Of a DNA stretch of 64,000 nt, positions 35,801-47,827 are shown one piece after another. The DNA lies in NCBI GenBank assembly GCA_004431415.1, contig QPMI01000039.1:620001-684000 (forward strand). Reading direction: 5' to 3'. Under the pieces are notes generated by a model. That model was not told the origin of the DNA. It was given only the letters and a program-made list of their open reading frames with translations, and ran no database searches. Source of the stretch: Cyanophora paradoxa CCMP329. Lineage: Eukaryota > Plantae > Glaucophyta. Within the stretch, counting starts at the first letter, position 1. Every line of letters starts with the position of its first letter. Made by a program: the position numbers and the translations under genes.

Positions 35801-36280
35801 CCGCCCGCTGGAGGGCAGCCTCCAGCTGCCCGATGCACTTCGCGTTCCCGCAGTACGCCGTCGAGACTGCCGCGCCGCGCACGCGCCCCGTGAGGCCGGG
35901 CCGCCGCGCGGCGGCGAGCGGCGAGCGGCGCGGCCCACCGCAGCAGAGGACGACGCTGCAGACCTGCAGCCCGTCCCTGCGCGTGCCGCGGCGCGTGGGC
36001 GACGAGGGCGCGCTGCCGGTCGGCGGGGCGCAGGCGCACCTGTACTTCGAGTTGCCGGTGCCCTTGGCCTGCGACTGGCGCCAGAGGAGGTGCGGGTTCG
36101 CCGCATCGAGGTCCGCAGCCAGGTACCGCACGAAGTCCTCGTCCCTCGAGCAGAAGCTGAAGAAGACGCTGCGGCGCCAAGCGTCTCAGCGCGCGTGGAC
36201 GCCCAAGGCGCGAAGGAGCGCCGACGCTCCGGGATGCGACGGGGGCAACATAGCGTGGCGGACCGGGGAATCGGCCTCAT
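32838..36280 (-). CDS. N-terminal TIR-like domain protein with Ser-rich linker and coiled-coil C-terminus
   Basis: Spliced MRPIPR|VFFSFCSRDEDFVRYLAADL...DGLQVCSVVLC|AVSTAYCGNAKCIGQLEAALQR..LVVVYYDPE|..YPRLLHALRSCEAAAFLDFS. Later exons VLETAKRLSEEAKRK, FYERMLNDIKFRREQE and EFMSRMEADLRQKRAALE. Internal exon joins are only partly resolved. Confidence 0.65.
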
Positions 36281-36551
36281 CGCTGTGGCAACGCCTAGAG
36301 CTGCCACGAGGAGATGTAGAATGCCTTGATAGACGTAGATCTGCTGCTGCCAGGCGCGGTGGCGCCTCTGACCGCGAGACGGCTACAAGCCGTGTGCTTA
36401 TCTTGGTAACTTCGGTCGGGGGTTGTGTGACAGCTCTTGCGCTCGTTCTATGGTCCTATATACTCTGCCGTGTGCAAGCCTGCTCAAAGGACCGTCAGCG
36501 CTGAGCTAGGCTGAGAAGTTGGGGTATGGCAGTTTCTTTTTTTGCCGCGAC

Positions 36552-37410
36552 ATGTCCCTGCAAGCGCAGCTCGCCCGCCTCAGGTGCTACGGCGCGCATG
36601 TCGCCGAAGCGTAGCTAACGTGGTTGTAGCGCCAAGGACGCCAGCGACGCGGACAAACTGCGCTCCCTCTTCGAGACCCTGCGCATTCTACGAGCATACC
36701 GAGCCTTTACGTAAGCTTCTCAGCATCGATTGATTCTCAAATGCAACTGAGTGTGCCCTAGGGAGCTCGAGGACGCGGTCCGTGCTCACGTCTCTCCACA
36801 GGCCGCGAGCGCACTCGTGGGGTGCATCGACGCAGGAGGAACAGCGTGCCTGCTCGTACTGCAACTGCTAGCGCTGATCTGCACAACCGCCGACGGCGCC
36901 AAGAGCTGCGGTCCGCCCCTCGCCTGCCGAGCGCGCCGCGCGCTGGCGCCTCACCCTGCGCTAGGCACTGAGGAGACGTTCGCGGCGATCACTGGCGTGC
37001 TGCACCTGCGGAAGCCCGAATTCGAGCGCTGGGCGCTAGAGACCCTGATCGCTTTCGAGGAGGACAGGCAAGCTCTGAGGCTGATGCGCCGCCTGGGCAT
37101 CGCGCGACTGGTGTCGAAACCGCTCGAAGAATCTCCGGTGACAGACCAGACCCCCGAAGCTGGCACGGGACCCGCCTGCGCACCACCGCAGTTCAACCCC
37201 CGCATCGCGTACGTAAAAACCCCTGCTCGTCCTGCTGGCTTGCGCCGCTCTAAATCGGCACCTGCAGAGAGCTTCGACGTCGCCTGGCACGGGCGCTTGC
37301 CCCCGAAAAGATTGTTCGACAGGATCACTAGCTTAAAGCTAGTAGCTTGCTGTCATCGTTGCTTGGTAACATTCAACGCCCTTGCATCTAGATCACTTCG
37401 CTCAAATTAA
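36552..37410 (+). CDS. Small alpha-helical (ARM-like) hypothetical protein
   Basis: MSLQAQLARLS|AKDASDADKLRSLFETLRILRAYRAFT|ELEDAVRAHV...CLLVLQLLALIC..|GTEETFAAITGVLHLRKPEFERWALETLIAF with consistent GT-AG introns; head-to-head with the TIR-like gene. Confidence 0.55.
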
Positions 37411-37655
37411 CCCCCTTCGCGGCCGTGAAAAATAGTTCATGGAGCACCCCCAGTGGGTGACTGCGAGCATTGTAACTAAATCTTCAATTAAACAACACCC
37501 AGCAAGCTTCCGAGCCAGGAGCACAGCACACACTGCAACGAGGAGCTTTTATTTTGCCACGTGCAATGAGTGAAATGCAACCGAGACCGTACACTAAACT
37601 CGGCGTCTGCATAGGGCGACTCGTGCGCCGCCCATCGCATCCAGCATCCTCACGC

Positions 37656-39369
37656 TTACTTGTTCTCAAGCACACCCTGTTATGGAGAGATCAGACAAGC
37701 CAAACGAGCGTTCAGTCGCAGACGAGCGGACCTGGTAGATGGTGCCAGAGGTGTAGTTGGTCGGGAAGCTGGAGGTGCGGGGGTTCTTGAAGCTGGCCTC
37801 CTCAATAGCGGAGGTCGAGAAGAGGAGCACGAAAGCGAAGATCGCTGAGGGCGGGCGTCAAAACGATCAGAGAGACAGGGGCTGGACTAAAGCTCACCCT
37901 TCGAGAAGATGTCGGCGATGGTGTGGATGATGATGTCGGCATCGACGGAGATGACGTGGACGGCCTCACCAATGACCCAGATAACGGGGTACACGAGCCA
38001 GGTGATGAAGGAGATCGCCATCAAGACGTTGTAGGTCTGCGTCTCACATAAACAACCGAAAAGGTAAAAAGGAAAGAATCTTGCTGACCTTCTCGGCCTC
38101 GGGGCTCTTTTCGCGGGCAGACTTGCGGAGGATGGTCACGAAGGCAACCTCGATCGGGACGAAGCAGAACATCGCGAAGGTGAAGTAGCCCCACTTGGTG
38201 CCGGTGGACGACAGGAGGCCGAGGAGGCCAGAGACGACCATGATCATCGAAGCGAAAGCCAGAGCCAGGAAAGTGGCGAAGGTGGTGCCGGCGAGGAGGC
38301 AGAGGTTGAGGATGATGAGCGGGACAGTCATGAACCACTCAACGTAGCGCGCGTAGTAGAACACGCGGTACGGGCTGTTGTTCGACGCCTGTGGCCAAGT
38401 CAGCTAGGGGAGCGGCGCGTCGCGCGCCGGAAGAAAGCTAGGCGTGCGCACGGTGGCATCATCCCAAATGGCGACCGAGCCCTGCTGGCGGGCCATGCAG
38501 TAGTAGGCTGCGCACGGTCGTGAGTCTTCCGCTGGGAGATCGCCACATACGCGACTAGCGCACCGAGCATGGAGATAGTGAGGTAGACAATGGTGATGTA
38601 GTGGAAGATGCGCTTGGCCGGGTCACGGCGGAGGGTGAGGATGAGGGCAATCAGGGCGACGACCGCCATCACGCCAGCGCCAATCCAGAAGAAGACAGTG
38701 CCGATGGTGGTCTGGTCATCCGGAGTGTAGATGGGGGCAGAGCCGGGGGCGAGCGGAAGACCGGTCTTAGAGTCATAGCCGCGGCGGGAGACAGCGCGGA
38801 GGATCGACCAGTAGTCCTTCACGTACGAGCCGCCGAACAGGTCCATCGGCGTGAGGCCGCGAGCCACACCGTCCTTGTCGTAGACCGACAGATCCTGGGG
38901 GACCTCGCCGGACATAACGGGGAAGCGGGGGTCGCCAGCCGGGCCCGAGAAGGGCCGGATGTCGGCAGAGTACAGCTGGACCGGGCGCTTAACGGGCTGG
39001 TAGCCGCGGGCGTTGATCTCCTGGCCATTGGCGAAGTACTCCGGCTTACGGGCCGACTGGGAGTCGAGGTCGTACTGGCTAATGGTCGACGGCCAGCTCT
39101 GGCCGATCTGGGTCACCGGCTGGCAAATGCCCTCCGACACCTCGTAGGCGGGGCCCTTGTAGCCATTCGGGAAGTTGCGCAGGAACTGCGGGTGCGGCCA
39201 CGTGCACTCCACGGAGTACCGCGGGAACGCAGGGGCGACCTGGAACCCTGCCGACGAAACGGTCAGCAACGGTCTCGCGCCGGCGCGTTCCCCGCCCGCT
39301 CTGCAGCATCCCGATAGCGATACGAGGGCGCGGCGCACCGGTCTGGGTTGTCGGCAGCACGGCCGTCAT
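37656..39369 (-). CDS. Microbial (type 1) rhodopsin with ~190-aa N-terminal extension
   Basis: Seven TM segments across exons: FFWIGAGVMAVVALIAL; FHYITIVYLTISML|AYYCMA; YYARYVEWFMTVPLIILNL; FASMIMVVSGLLGLL; KWGYFTFAMFCF; TWLVYPVIWVIGE; IHTIADIFSK|AIFAF (retinal-binding Lys in DxxxK). Confidence 0.95.
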
Positions 39370-39650
39370 CGTTGTTTATTCTATGAGGTCTCCTCTCTGG
39401 GGACCAACACTTTGCTGCCGTACCCAACCACGACTTCCGCCACGTACCCCGTCTTCCACCCCTCCCCCACCAACCCACCTCGGTTCCTGGCGGGTCACTT
39501 TTTCTCAAGGCAACCAACTTCTCCGAGAGTCGGCCTCGCCGCTCGCCCAGAGGCCCGGCCGCACCAAGGCTTCGAAGCCACCTTCAGCAAAGCTCGAGCA
39601 AACGTCGTTTTGGCCTTCGCCCCGGGATCGGCGATCGCGTTGGCCTTCCC

Positions 39651-41241
39651 ATGGCGGACGGCGATGGCGCGGTCTGCCTCGTCAGCAGCTGCAAGTCCTC
39701 CAACGGACCTTCGCTGCAGGAGTCATTTATGCGATTCAAGAAGGACCGCGAGAAGTTCCTGTCGGACGAGTGCGTCCCCGCCAGTTTTTCAAAGATCGTG
39801 GCCAGGCTGGGCCTAGCACGGGCCTCGGGACTCCCCGCAAGCATTCTAAATCTTCTGATCTTCCACCTCACAGACGCTTTCACGCCGATGTCCCCCGTAC
39901 GCCGGAGCAGAAAGAGCGCATCCGCCAGAAGTTCCTCGAGCGTGCAATGTCGTACCAAGGTGCCCCTAGGCTCCCTTCTCCAAAGCAACCGGTATGTGAG
40001 CTTATTCGCTCACACAGGAGTACCGTACGCCAAGCGCTACCACGAGCCCGGGACGCAGGTCTGCTTTCGAACTTGCATGCCCTCGCTCTCCGCCCCTGAG
40101 CGAACGCCGCAGCACTATGACGCGCCCCTTTTTCTGGACTGGTGCGCGAGTCCTTCGTGGGGCGATCGCTTCTCGATGCTCAACGGAGCGGAAGCTGCGC
40201 GCTGGTCCGCAAGGCCGTGAACGACCTCAAGCACGACTTTGGCTTCACTCTTGGGCGGTGGAATCAAGCGTACCAGGTGATGCTTGTGTGCCCAAGAGAT
40301 TACTTGCTGCATCCTGACCCGCGACCAGGCTGACACGCTCCCTGGTCCGACCAGCGCGATCAATTCTGCTCGCTCCCGCCCGCTGACGGGCGGCGGGCAG
40401 ACACGGGCATGAAGTCTCACGAGGAGCTACGCCCTGGAGATTTGATTTTCTACTCGGGCACGTATTTCAACGAGAAGAGCCGGCGCCAGAAGCACGACAT
40501 GGTCCGCGCCGCCCTCCCCGCGTCCGCTGCGCACCCTCCGACTGCGGCGGGCCCACCGGCAGGTGCACGTGGAGATCTACGTCGGGCCTGGAGAGCGGAG
40601 CCTCGGGGCGCGCTGGCAGAAGGGCGTGGTGACCGTCTTTGATTCGTTCAAGTTCGAGAGCAAGGCGTACCACAGCGTGCAGCACCACTTCCGCTCCATA
40701 GACCGCTGGCTGTCCGGCGAGTGTTCCAGGTGCGACAGGCGCGCTAGGCGGGCAGGCGGGGCGGGGTCTCTTTCTAGCGCGCGCTGTTCCCAAATTCGAA
40801 TTCTCCGCTCTCTGGGCCGAACCGCCTTCGGGCGGTGGAAGCTCGCCATGGGAGTCGGAATCAGACAGTTTGGGAGATCGCCCTGCGCGGCGGGTGCGGG
40901 TGCCGTGCGCGTGCGCGCGCACCGGCGTGCGGCGGGGCCTCCGCATGGGGGCCCCGTCCGCCTCGCCGCGCGACATTCCTTTCGAAGCTTCCACCGCCCC
41001 CGCTGTCCCCCGGCCCCCCTCCTCTGCCTCTGAGCCCCCTGCGCACCCCTGCAGCATCTGCGGGGAGCACCCGTGGCGCCGCAAGGTCTTCGACGTGAGC
41101 AAGAAGTCCATCTTTTACGCGGGGATCGCCGCCGCGGACGGCGCCGGGGCCGCCCCGGCCGCGGCCGACCAGGGGTACAGCGACGAGGAGGGCGAGGACG
41201 AGGCGGCGAGCGACGGCGAGGCCCCAGACGGCAGCGCGTGA
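39651..41241 (+). CDS. NlpC/P60 (papain-like) domain protein
   Basis: FLERAMSYQG|VPY..LFLDC|CALVRK (catalytic Cys), ELRPGDLIFY, KHDM|VHVEIYVG (catalytic His), and an acidic tail. Confidence 0.8.
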
Positions 41242-43604
41242 GCCGAACCCGGAGTGGGCCCGCCTCCGCTCGCCTCCAGCTTTCGCTTTCCCTCTCCATG
41301 TAGTTGTACCATAGCAGGCGCCGCGACGCCTGCGGTTTCTTTCGTTGTTGCTTACTTTGTATAGATTCGATGTCCGCTTTCAAATTTTCAGCAGCCGCCA
41401 TATGCAGCATCCCGATATCGATGCGAGGGTGCGGGGCATCGGTCTGGGTTGTCAGCACAGCCATCATGAGCCTCGGAGGTTCAAAGGGCTCAAATGGCGA
41501 AATGCTATGATACCACTAGGCTATGATAACATCGTCAATCAGCAAATGATAACAATGGCTGCCGTCGCGATCGGGCCTCATGATCAGCCTGGCGCGCGCC
41601 GGCACGAGTCAAATGGCCATGGCGAGAGTCCGACGGATAACGTTAACCTGATCAATGATGGCTGCTAGCCTACTAGGATCCGGAGCCTGCAGCTGGGGAG
41701 CAGGCCCTGAGGCTGGGGAGCAGTCTGCCGCAGTGCCTTCCCATCGGTTCAAATTCCTTGAACTTCGGTCCTCGCCACCGGATCATGATCAATCCTCACT
41801 CAATGATCATGATCATGATCACTGAGTGAGAAGCTTGAATTCCGGGCCTCGGAGTTCGAAGCCTGAACTTCGGAAGGGCTCCGGAAGGCCTAGGGACCGT
41901 GGCACCTCAGGGCCTTCAGCATCGATATCACTGCAGCTGCAGCTGTGAGTCTAGATCTGCCACATGTACATGTACAGCCGCTGAGCTGCATGCGCAGTGG
42001 GGGCCTGGGCTCAGCGCCCCGGGCCCAGTGCCTGGTAAGCCGCTTATCAAAAAATCATTGAATCATTGAATCCCGGTCAAGTTCCAAAGATTCCATGATG
42101 ATTAATCACTGACTCAGCAAGACATGTTCATGATCATGATAGAGAGTGCTACGAGGGCTAGGGGCTTGCCTCTTTGATAAGAGGGGAGGGCCCGGCCCGG
42201 GGGGACCAGGAGGGGCGGAAATCTAGATCTAGAGCTCGCAATTGACTCGGTGAGCCCTCGGAGGCTAGATCTAGATCTAGATCCAAGTAGGGCCATAGAG
42301 GGGCCCCTTAAGCGCAGATGAAGCAGGCCCAAGGGGCGGACCCTATTGCGCCCGGCGGCCGGCCCAGCGCTAGCCGGGCCTGGCACGGGGTGCGCGCGGG
42401 GCCTGCGAGCCGAATTCAGGGGGGCTGGCGGGCCGCATGCGCATCGAGCTTCACGCAGGTCCCGCTCCGAGGCTCGAAGCCTTGAAGCTTGAGGCTCAGC
42501 GAGCTCGTGGATGAACGTGGACGTGGGCCTACCGCGGGCGGCCTCCGAGGCCCGGGATCGAGGGGGAGGAAGGCCCGGAGGCCAGGGATCCGGAGCTCGA
42601 GGTGGTCCCTGGGCCCCGGGTCGCTTCATCATGGCATGATCATGATCAGGCTTTCCGATCCGGTCCGCAAGGCCCCGAGGGCTCAATGGTAAGGCATACG
42701 GTTCGGGAGACCGGGGTTCGGCGGGTCCCGCGCTGGCGAGGTCGGGCGGCGGCACCTTTTATTTGCATCGGCGAGCCTCGGAGGCTAAGGATCCGAAGGC
42801 GCGCGGCCTTGGGGGAGAACTGCACCCTGGGAGGGCGGGACGAGGTGGGGAAGTGGGGAGGGATGGACGAGCAGGCCTAGGAAGCGCTATTGTGCGCCGC
42901 GGCGGACAGCCCCGTCAGCCGCCGCCGCGCCTCCGACCCGCCAGCCGGCCGCGGCAGCTGCAGGCCATCCAGCAGCAGCGCTAGCGCTAACAGGCCTCCG
43001 TCATCCGCGCGTGCCCCCCTCACATGTAAAGCCGCTGGAAAGTCCTCGCTGCAGCTGGCCTGAGGTAGCGTGAGCAAGCGCGGCACGCCACGCGAAGGTC
43101 TAGGGCGCGAAGGTATGCGCGCAGAGGCGGCACGGACCTGGAGGTGAACACCGAGAGATCTAGAGATCGGAACGGAGGAAGGAGATGCATTCAAGATCAA
43201 AAGGCGGCGCGCGCCCGCGGCCGGCTCCGCGTCCGTCCTGCCACGCGCGCGCGCTCTGTGCATCGAACCGTATGCAGTGAGAGCTCGAGGCGAGCCCGCG
43301 GCTGAGTGGTGCTGGAAAGCAAAGCCCGCAGCATGCACGTGCGCGGGCGGCCGTAGCAAACAGCCAGCTCGAGCTGCTCTGCTGAGCTACCTGTGCTGGA
43401 AGGCGGACTCCGGGAAGAGCGCCTGCGTGCACCTGCGCTCTCCTGCGAGCCGAGCCAGCCGGGCGCTGCTGAGCTGAAGCAGGCCAGACTTTGAGAACTC
43501 TGAGTTCAACTCTCGCGCCGCCGGGTACACGCACATGAGCTAGCGCGGCCGATCACACACAGCTAGCAGCCTGGGGACCCTGCCGAAGTGCGCAGTTGCC
43601 GCGC

Positions 43605-46600
43605 ATGGTGCGGCGGAGGCCGCGGTGGGCGTGGTGGTGCTGCGGCCTCGTCCTCCTCGTCGGCCTCGCGGCGCACCTTGGCTCGGGCCTCTTCGTCAAC
43701 AGCCCAGCGCGGCGGGCTAGCGGAGACGATGCGGTCCGCTCCGAGAGCCCGGCCGCGGGCGCACAGCAGCGCGGGGCCGCAAGCGGCCCGCTCGCGGTCC
43801 GGCCTGCGGCGCGGGCGCGCGGCCAGGCGTTCCATGTGACGCGCGCCGAGGCATACTCGCACGCGGCCTTTTCGGCGCGGCGGGAGGGCGGCGGCGGCGA
43901 CGCGCATCGGCACACGTCGGCCCTCGCGCTCGACGGCGCGGGGCCGGCCCCGCGCCCCTCGCTCAGCTTCTCCTACTGGGGCGCGCGCACCCGTTTCTGC
44001 TTCGAGGCGCGCACGCCGATTCCCGCGGCCGCCCCGCCCGCCCAGCGCCTATCTTCAGCTGACGCGCCGGCCCCGCCCGCCCGCAGAACCTGACCGACAC
44101 GCCCCTAGAGCCGCGCCGGCGTTTCGACCTCTTCGGCGTGCTCGACGGCGCTGCTTTCGGCTCCCAATGCGCCTTCGCGAACGACTTCGAGCTCCAGTGG
44201 GGCGACGCCGCCTGCGGGGCGCGCGACGACGTCCTCGCCCACTTCGTGTACCCCGTCGACGGATTCCCCCGCCTCACCCTCTCCGGCTCCCTCGTACCCC
44301 GCCCCTCTCCCTCCTCGGGCGACTCGGGCGAGGTCTCCCTGGTGCGCCCGGCCCCCTTGGAGCGAAACCTCCCCGCTCGGATTCAATCCCGCGCGCCGCA
44401 GGTCGTGTGGCACCTGGTGCAGGCGGAGGACGAGAGCCTCGCGGGGGCTCGAACCCTCGACTCCGGCGCCTTCTCCGTCCGCGGGGGGTCCCTCCTCCAC
44501 GGCCGCGCCTCCCTCCCCCCCGCGGGGGTACGCGTCGAGAATTTCGCGGGACGTTCGGTCGTGGGCCTCATCGTGCGGCACGCGGCGCGGGCGCCGGCGG
44601 CGCCGGGCGCGGCCTCCGCCGCCGGCGGCCGCCTCCGCCTCGCCGACGCGATCGAGCTCCGGTTCGCCTCCGCCGCCTCCGAAGCCGAGGAGGACCCGGC
44701 GGGGCGCGAGGCGGCGGCGTCGGGCTCGAGGAGTTCCGATCCGGCGGCGCCCGAGGCCCCGCCCTGGGCCCCGCCCGCCCCCGTCGGGCCCGGCATGGCG
44801 CCGGGGTACTTCGACCCGAAGCGCCCCAGCCTCGTCCGCGCCTGCGACGCCGCCCGCTACAAGTCCAGGGGGGTTACCCGCGACTCCTTCGCGAAGCTGT
44901 TCGAGGGGTACACCGTCTGGAGCATGGACCTCCGTGCGCTGCGCCCCTGGCCCGCGCCCCCTTGCTCTGCTCGCCGCCTGAAGGCGTACCCCCCGGACAG
45001 ACGCGGCGCCGATCATGTGCAGCGCGGAGGTCTATGAGCACATGGGCATGCGCGTCGACGTGCGCCGCGTGCCCCCGTGACCTCACCTCCTGAGAGCGCA
45101 TTTCCAAACCGATGCGATCTGATCCGAGCCGGACAGGCCCAGATCGACTCGGTGACGTGCCGCCACTACAGGGGCCGGCGCGTCTGCGGCGAGGACCTCA
45201 AGGTGCCGTACCCCCCGCTTCGATTGATGTACCCCCCTGAAGTATCCCTACCCCTCAGGTCTTCTCGATGAACGACGGGGCGGGCGTCGGCATCGACGTC
45301 TGCCCCCACCGCCTCCGCAGGCGCGCCTTCGCCCCCTCCCCTCCCGTCTCCCTTCTTCTCGTACCCCTCACACGCGGTTCGTTTTCGACGCAGGGAGTTC
45401 TTCGACGCGTACAAGGAGGACCCCCGCATGCAGCGGGCGCGCCCGTACCCCCCGCGCTTCCCCCCCTCGAACACCCTAACGCTCTACCCCCAGGCGGACG
45501 TCTTCGTGTGCTCGCACCCGGCGGCCAACTGCGAGCTCTTCCTCCCCTTCAACCGGTCCGCTACCCCCGCCTCCCCCCCCCCCTTCACCGTCTCACCTGA
45601 GGGCCCCGGGGCAGGTCGATGGTTGTGTACGCAACGACGCGGCTGGAGTTCGGGCGGCACGACGACAACATTGACTGGCGCTGGCGCTACGAGGCGGACG
45701 AGGAGACCGCCGACGAGCGCTGGCGCCACTGGGTCGCCTCTCTCCGCCGCGTCCGCCCCGCCCCGCCCCGCCCCGTCCCGCCCCGCCGCCCCTGTGCCCC
45801 GCGCGCTTCGTCTCGTGCGAAACGCTCGCCTCTGCTCTCGCCCTCAGATCGCGGCGGACCCGCGGAACACTGTGGCCGCCAACAGGTCCGCGCGCCCCCC
45901 TTCGCCTTCTCATCCTCCTCCTCTCCTCAAGGAAGCCTCGCAGCCTGTTCGACGCGCTGTACATAAGGCACCACACGGGCATCCCCGCCACCTACATCCC
46001 CTCCTGGTTCGAGGCTCCGCTCCAGGCCGGGCGGGCCGGACCGGCGGCCCGTTAACGTAACGTCGCCGCGTACCCCCGGCAGGTGCGGGTACACGGCGCG
46101 GGAGGCGGCGGAGCGGCCGCGGGCGCCCCGCGCCGAGATCGTCGTCGTCCCCAACCGCATCAACACCCTCGTCCGCGCCCCGCCGCCCCGCCCCGCCCCT
46201 GTTCGATCGGGCTGGATCCCAGCGCTCTGACGCCGCTGCGTGCGCAGGGCCACGTGCCGGGGGAGCGCTGGCGGCACCCCCTCTTCTCCTCCCTGGACCG
46301 ATGGTACCTCCAGTCTCGCCCGGCCCTTCTCTCTCTCCGCGGCCCCCGCCTCAGCCTCGGCGGCGCCGCGCAGGATGCGGCGGCACCAGTCCCGCACGGG
46401 GCGCCTCCACGACATCCGCTTCCTCAACGAGCTGTACCCCCGCGGCTACGAGTTCGCCGTGCGCCGTACCCCCGCCTGCCAGGATCCCTACCCCTCCCCT
46501 CCGAGCCGCCCGTACCCCCGCAGGACCTCGCCTCCCACCCGGCCATGGTCGCCATCCCCTACCAGGCGAGCCGTACCCCCCGTTCACTCCTTCCCCCTCG

Positions 46601-47570
46601 CCCCTCTTTCGCGTCTGATACACTCCGAAGCTCTCCCTCATGTCCTTTTTTGAATACTACCGCGTCGGTGCGGCCCCGTACCCCCCTAAGCCGTACCCAA
46701 ACTGAGCGCGCGTACCCCCTCCAGGCGTGCCGATGTTCTTCCCCTCCATCGCCCTCCTCACCCAGTGGGAGACCGACTACGGCCTGCGCGTACCCTGTAC
46801 CCCCCCCCATTCCCCTACCCCCCTCCCGCTCATTCCCCCCCCTGCAGGACGTGGGAGCGGGTGTACGGGCACCCGGAGCCGCAGGCGGCGCCCTTCACGC
46901 CCTACGACCCCAACGCCGCCTCCTGCGAGGGTTAGTGGCTATGTAGCCGCTCCCGCCTCTTTTCTCGTCTCGCCGACGGGCTTTCCCCGCCTCCTCGCAG
47001 ACTTCGTCTACTGGCTCCAGTACGCGGACTTCTACAGGTACCGCCCCTCATCGCCCCTTAGGGCCTGGAGCGGCCCGCCCCGCGGCCCGCTGAACAGCCG
47101 GGCCGGACGACTACAGGTGGCCCCACCTCACCTACTTCGACTCCTGGGAGCACCTCTTGCACCTCCTGGACACCGCAGACCTTCCCGGTACCCCCCGGCT
47201 CTCACCCCTCCGCTTCCCTTCCTGATTCGACCCAGCGATCTCGGCGGCAATGCGTGCCGAGAACGAGTGCGTCGAGCTGCAGATCCTCGAGTCCTGGCGC
47301 GACGGTACCCCCCTCTCTTCCCCCCCCACTTTCCCCGCCTTCGCCTCACGCCCGGCCCAGTAATGTCCCGCGCATTCGGGAAGGACCCCCCCGGCTCCCG
47401 GCAGGTGCCCTCCTCCAACTTTTGCCTGCGGCTGCCGGTGCCTCCTTCCCCCCGCCCGACGCGCGCCGGGTACACGCCAGATCCCGCGCGAGTTCTACCA
47501 GGCCCTGCGCGAGCAGGGGTACGAGCGCCCGCCCATCGACTCGAACCCCGACTGCTGGCCCGACTCCTGA
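43605..47570 (+). CDS. Type II membrane protein, probable glycosyltransferase-like enzyme (>15 exons)
   Basis: N-terminal basic stretch plus hydrophobic anchor (MVRRRPRWAWWCCGLVLLVGLAAHLG). Globular exons ADVFVCSHPAANCELFLPFNR, DLASHPAMVAIPYQ, SLMSFFEYYR, PMFFPSIALLTQW, WLQYADFY, WPHLTYFDSWEHL. The GT call is by resemblance only. Confidence 0.6.
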
Positions 47571-47827
47571 GGGGGGTACCGGTGCCGCCAGCTCGCCCCT
47601 CCGCTTCCCACCCCCTCTCCGCCTCCCCGGCGCTGCGCCGAGCCCACCGCCGCACCCCTCCCGACCATTTCCCCCTCCCCCGCTCTCAGTTTCGCTTTAG
47701 TTTGCCAATACTTTGCACTGCTCAAGTCCGCTACGCTGCGATTCGACGGGTTGGTTGCACGCACTAACATGAACGCTTCGTTCGCTCCCCTCCTCTCCGC
47801 CGGGGCGCCAGAAGCCCGCGCCGGGCC

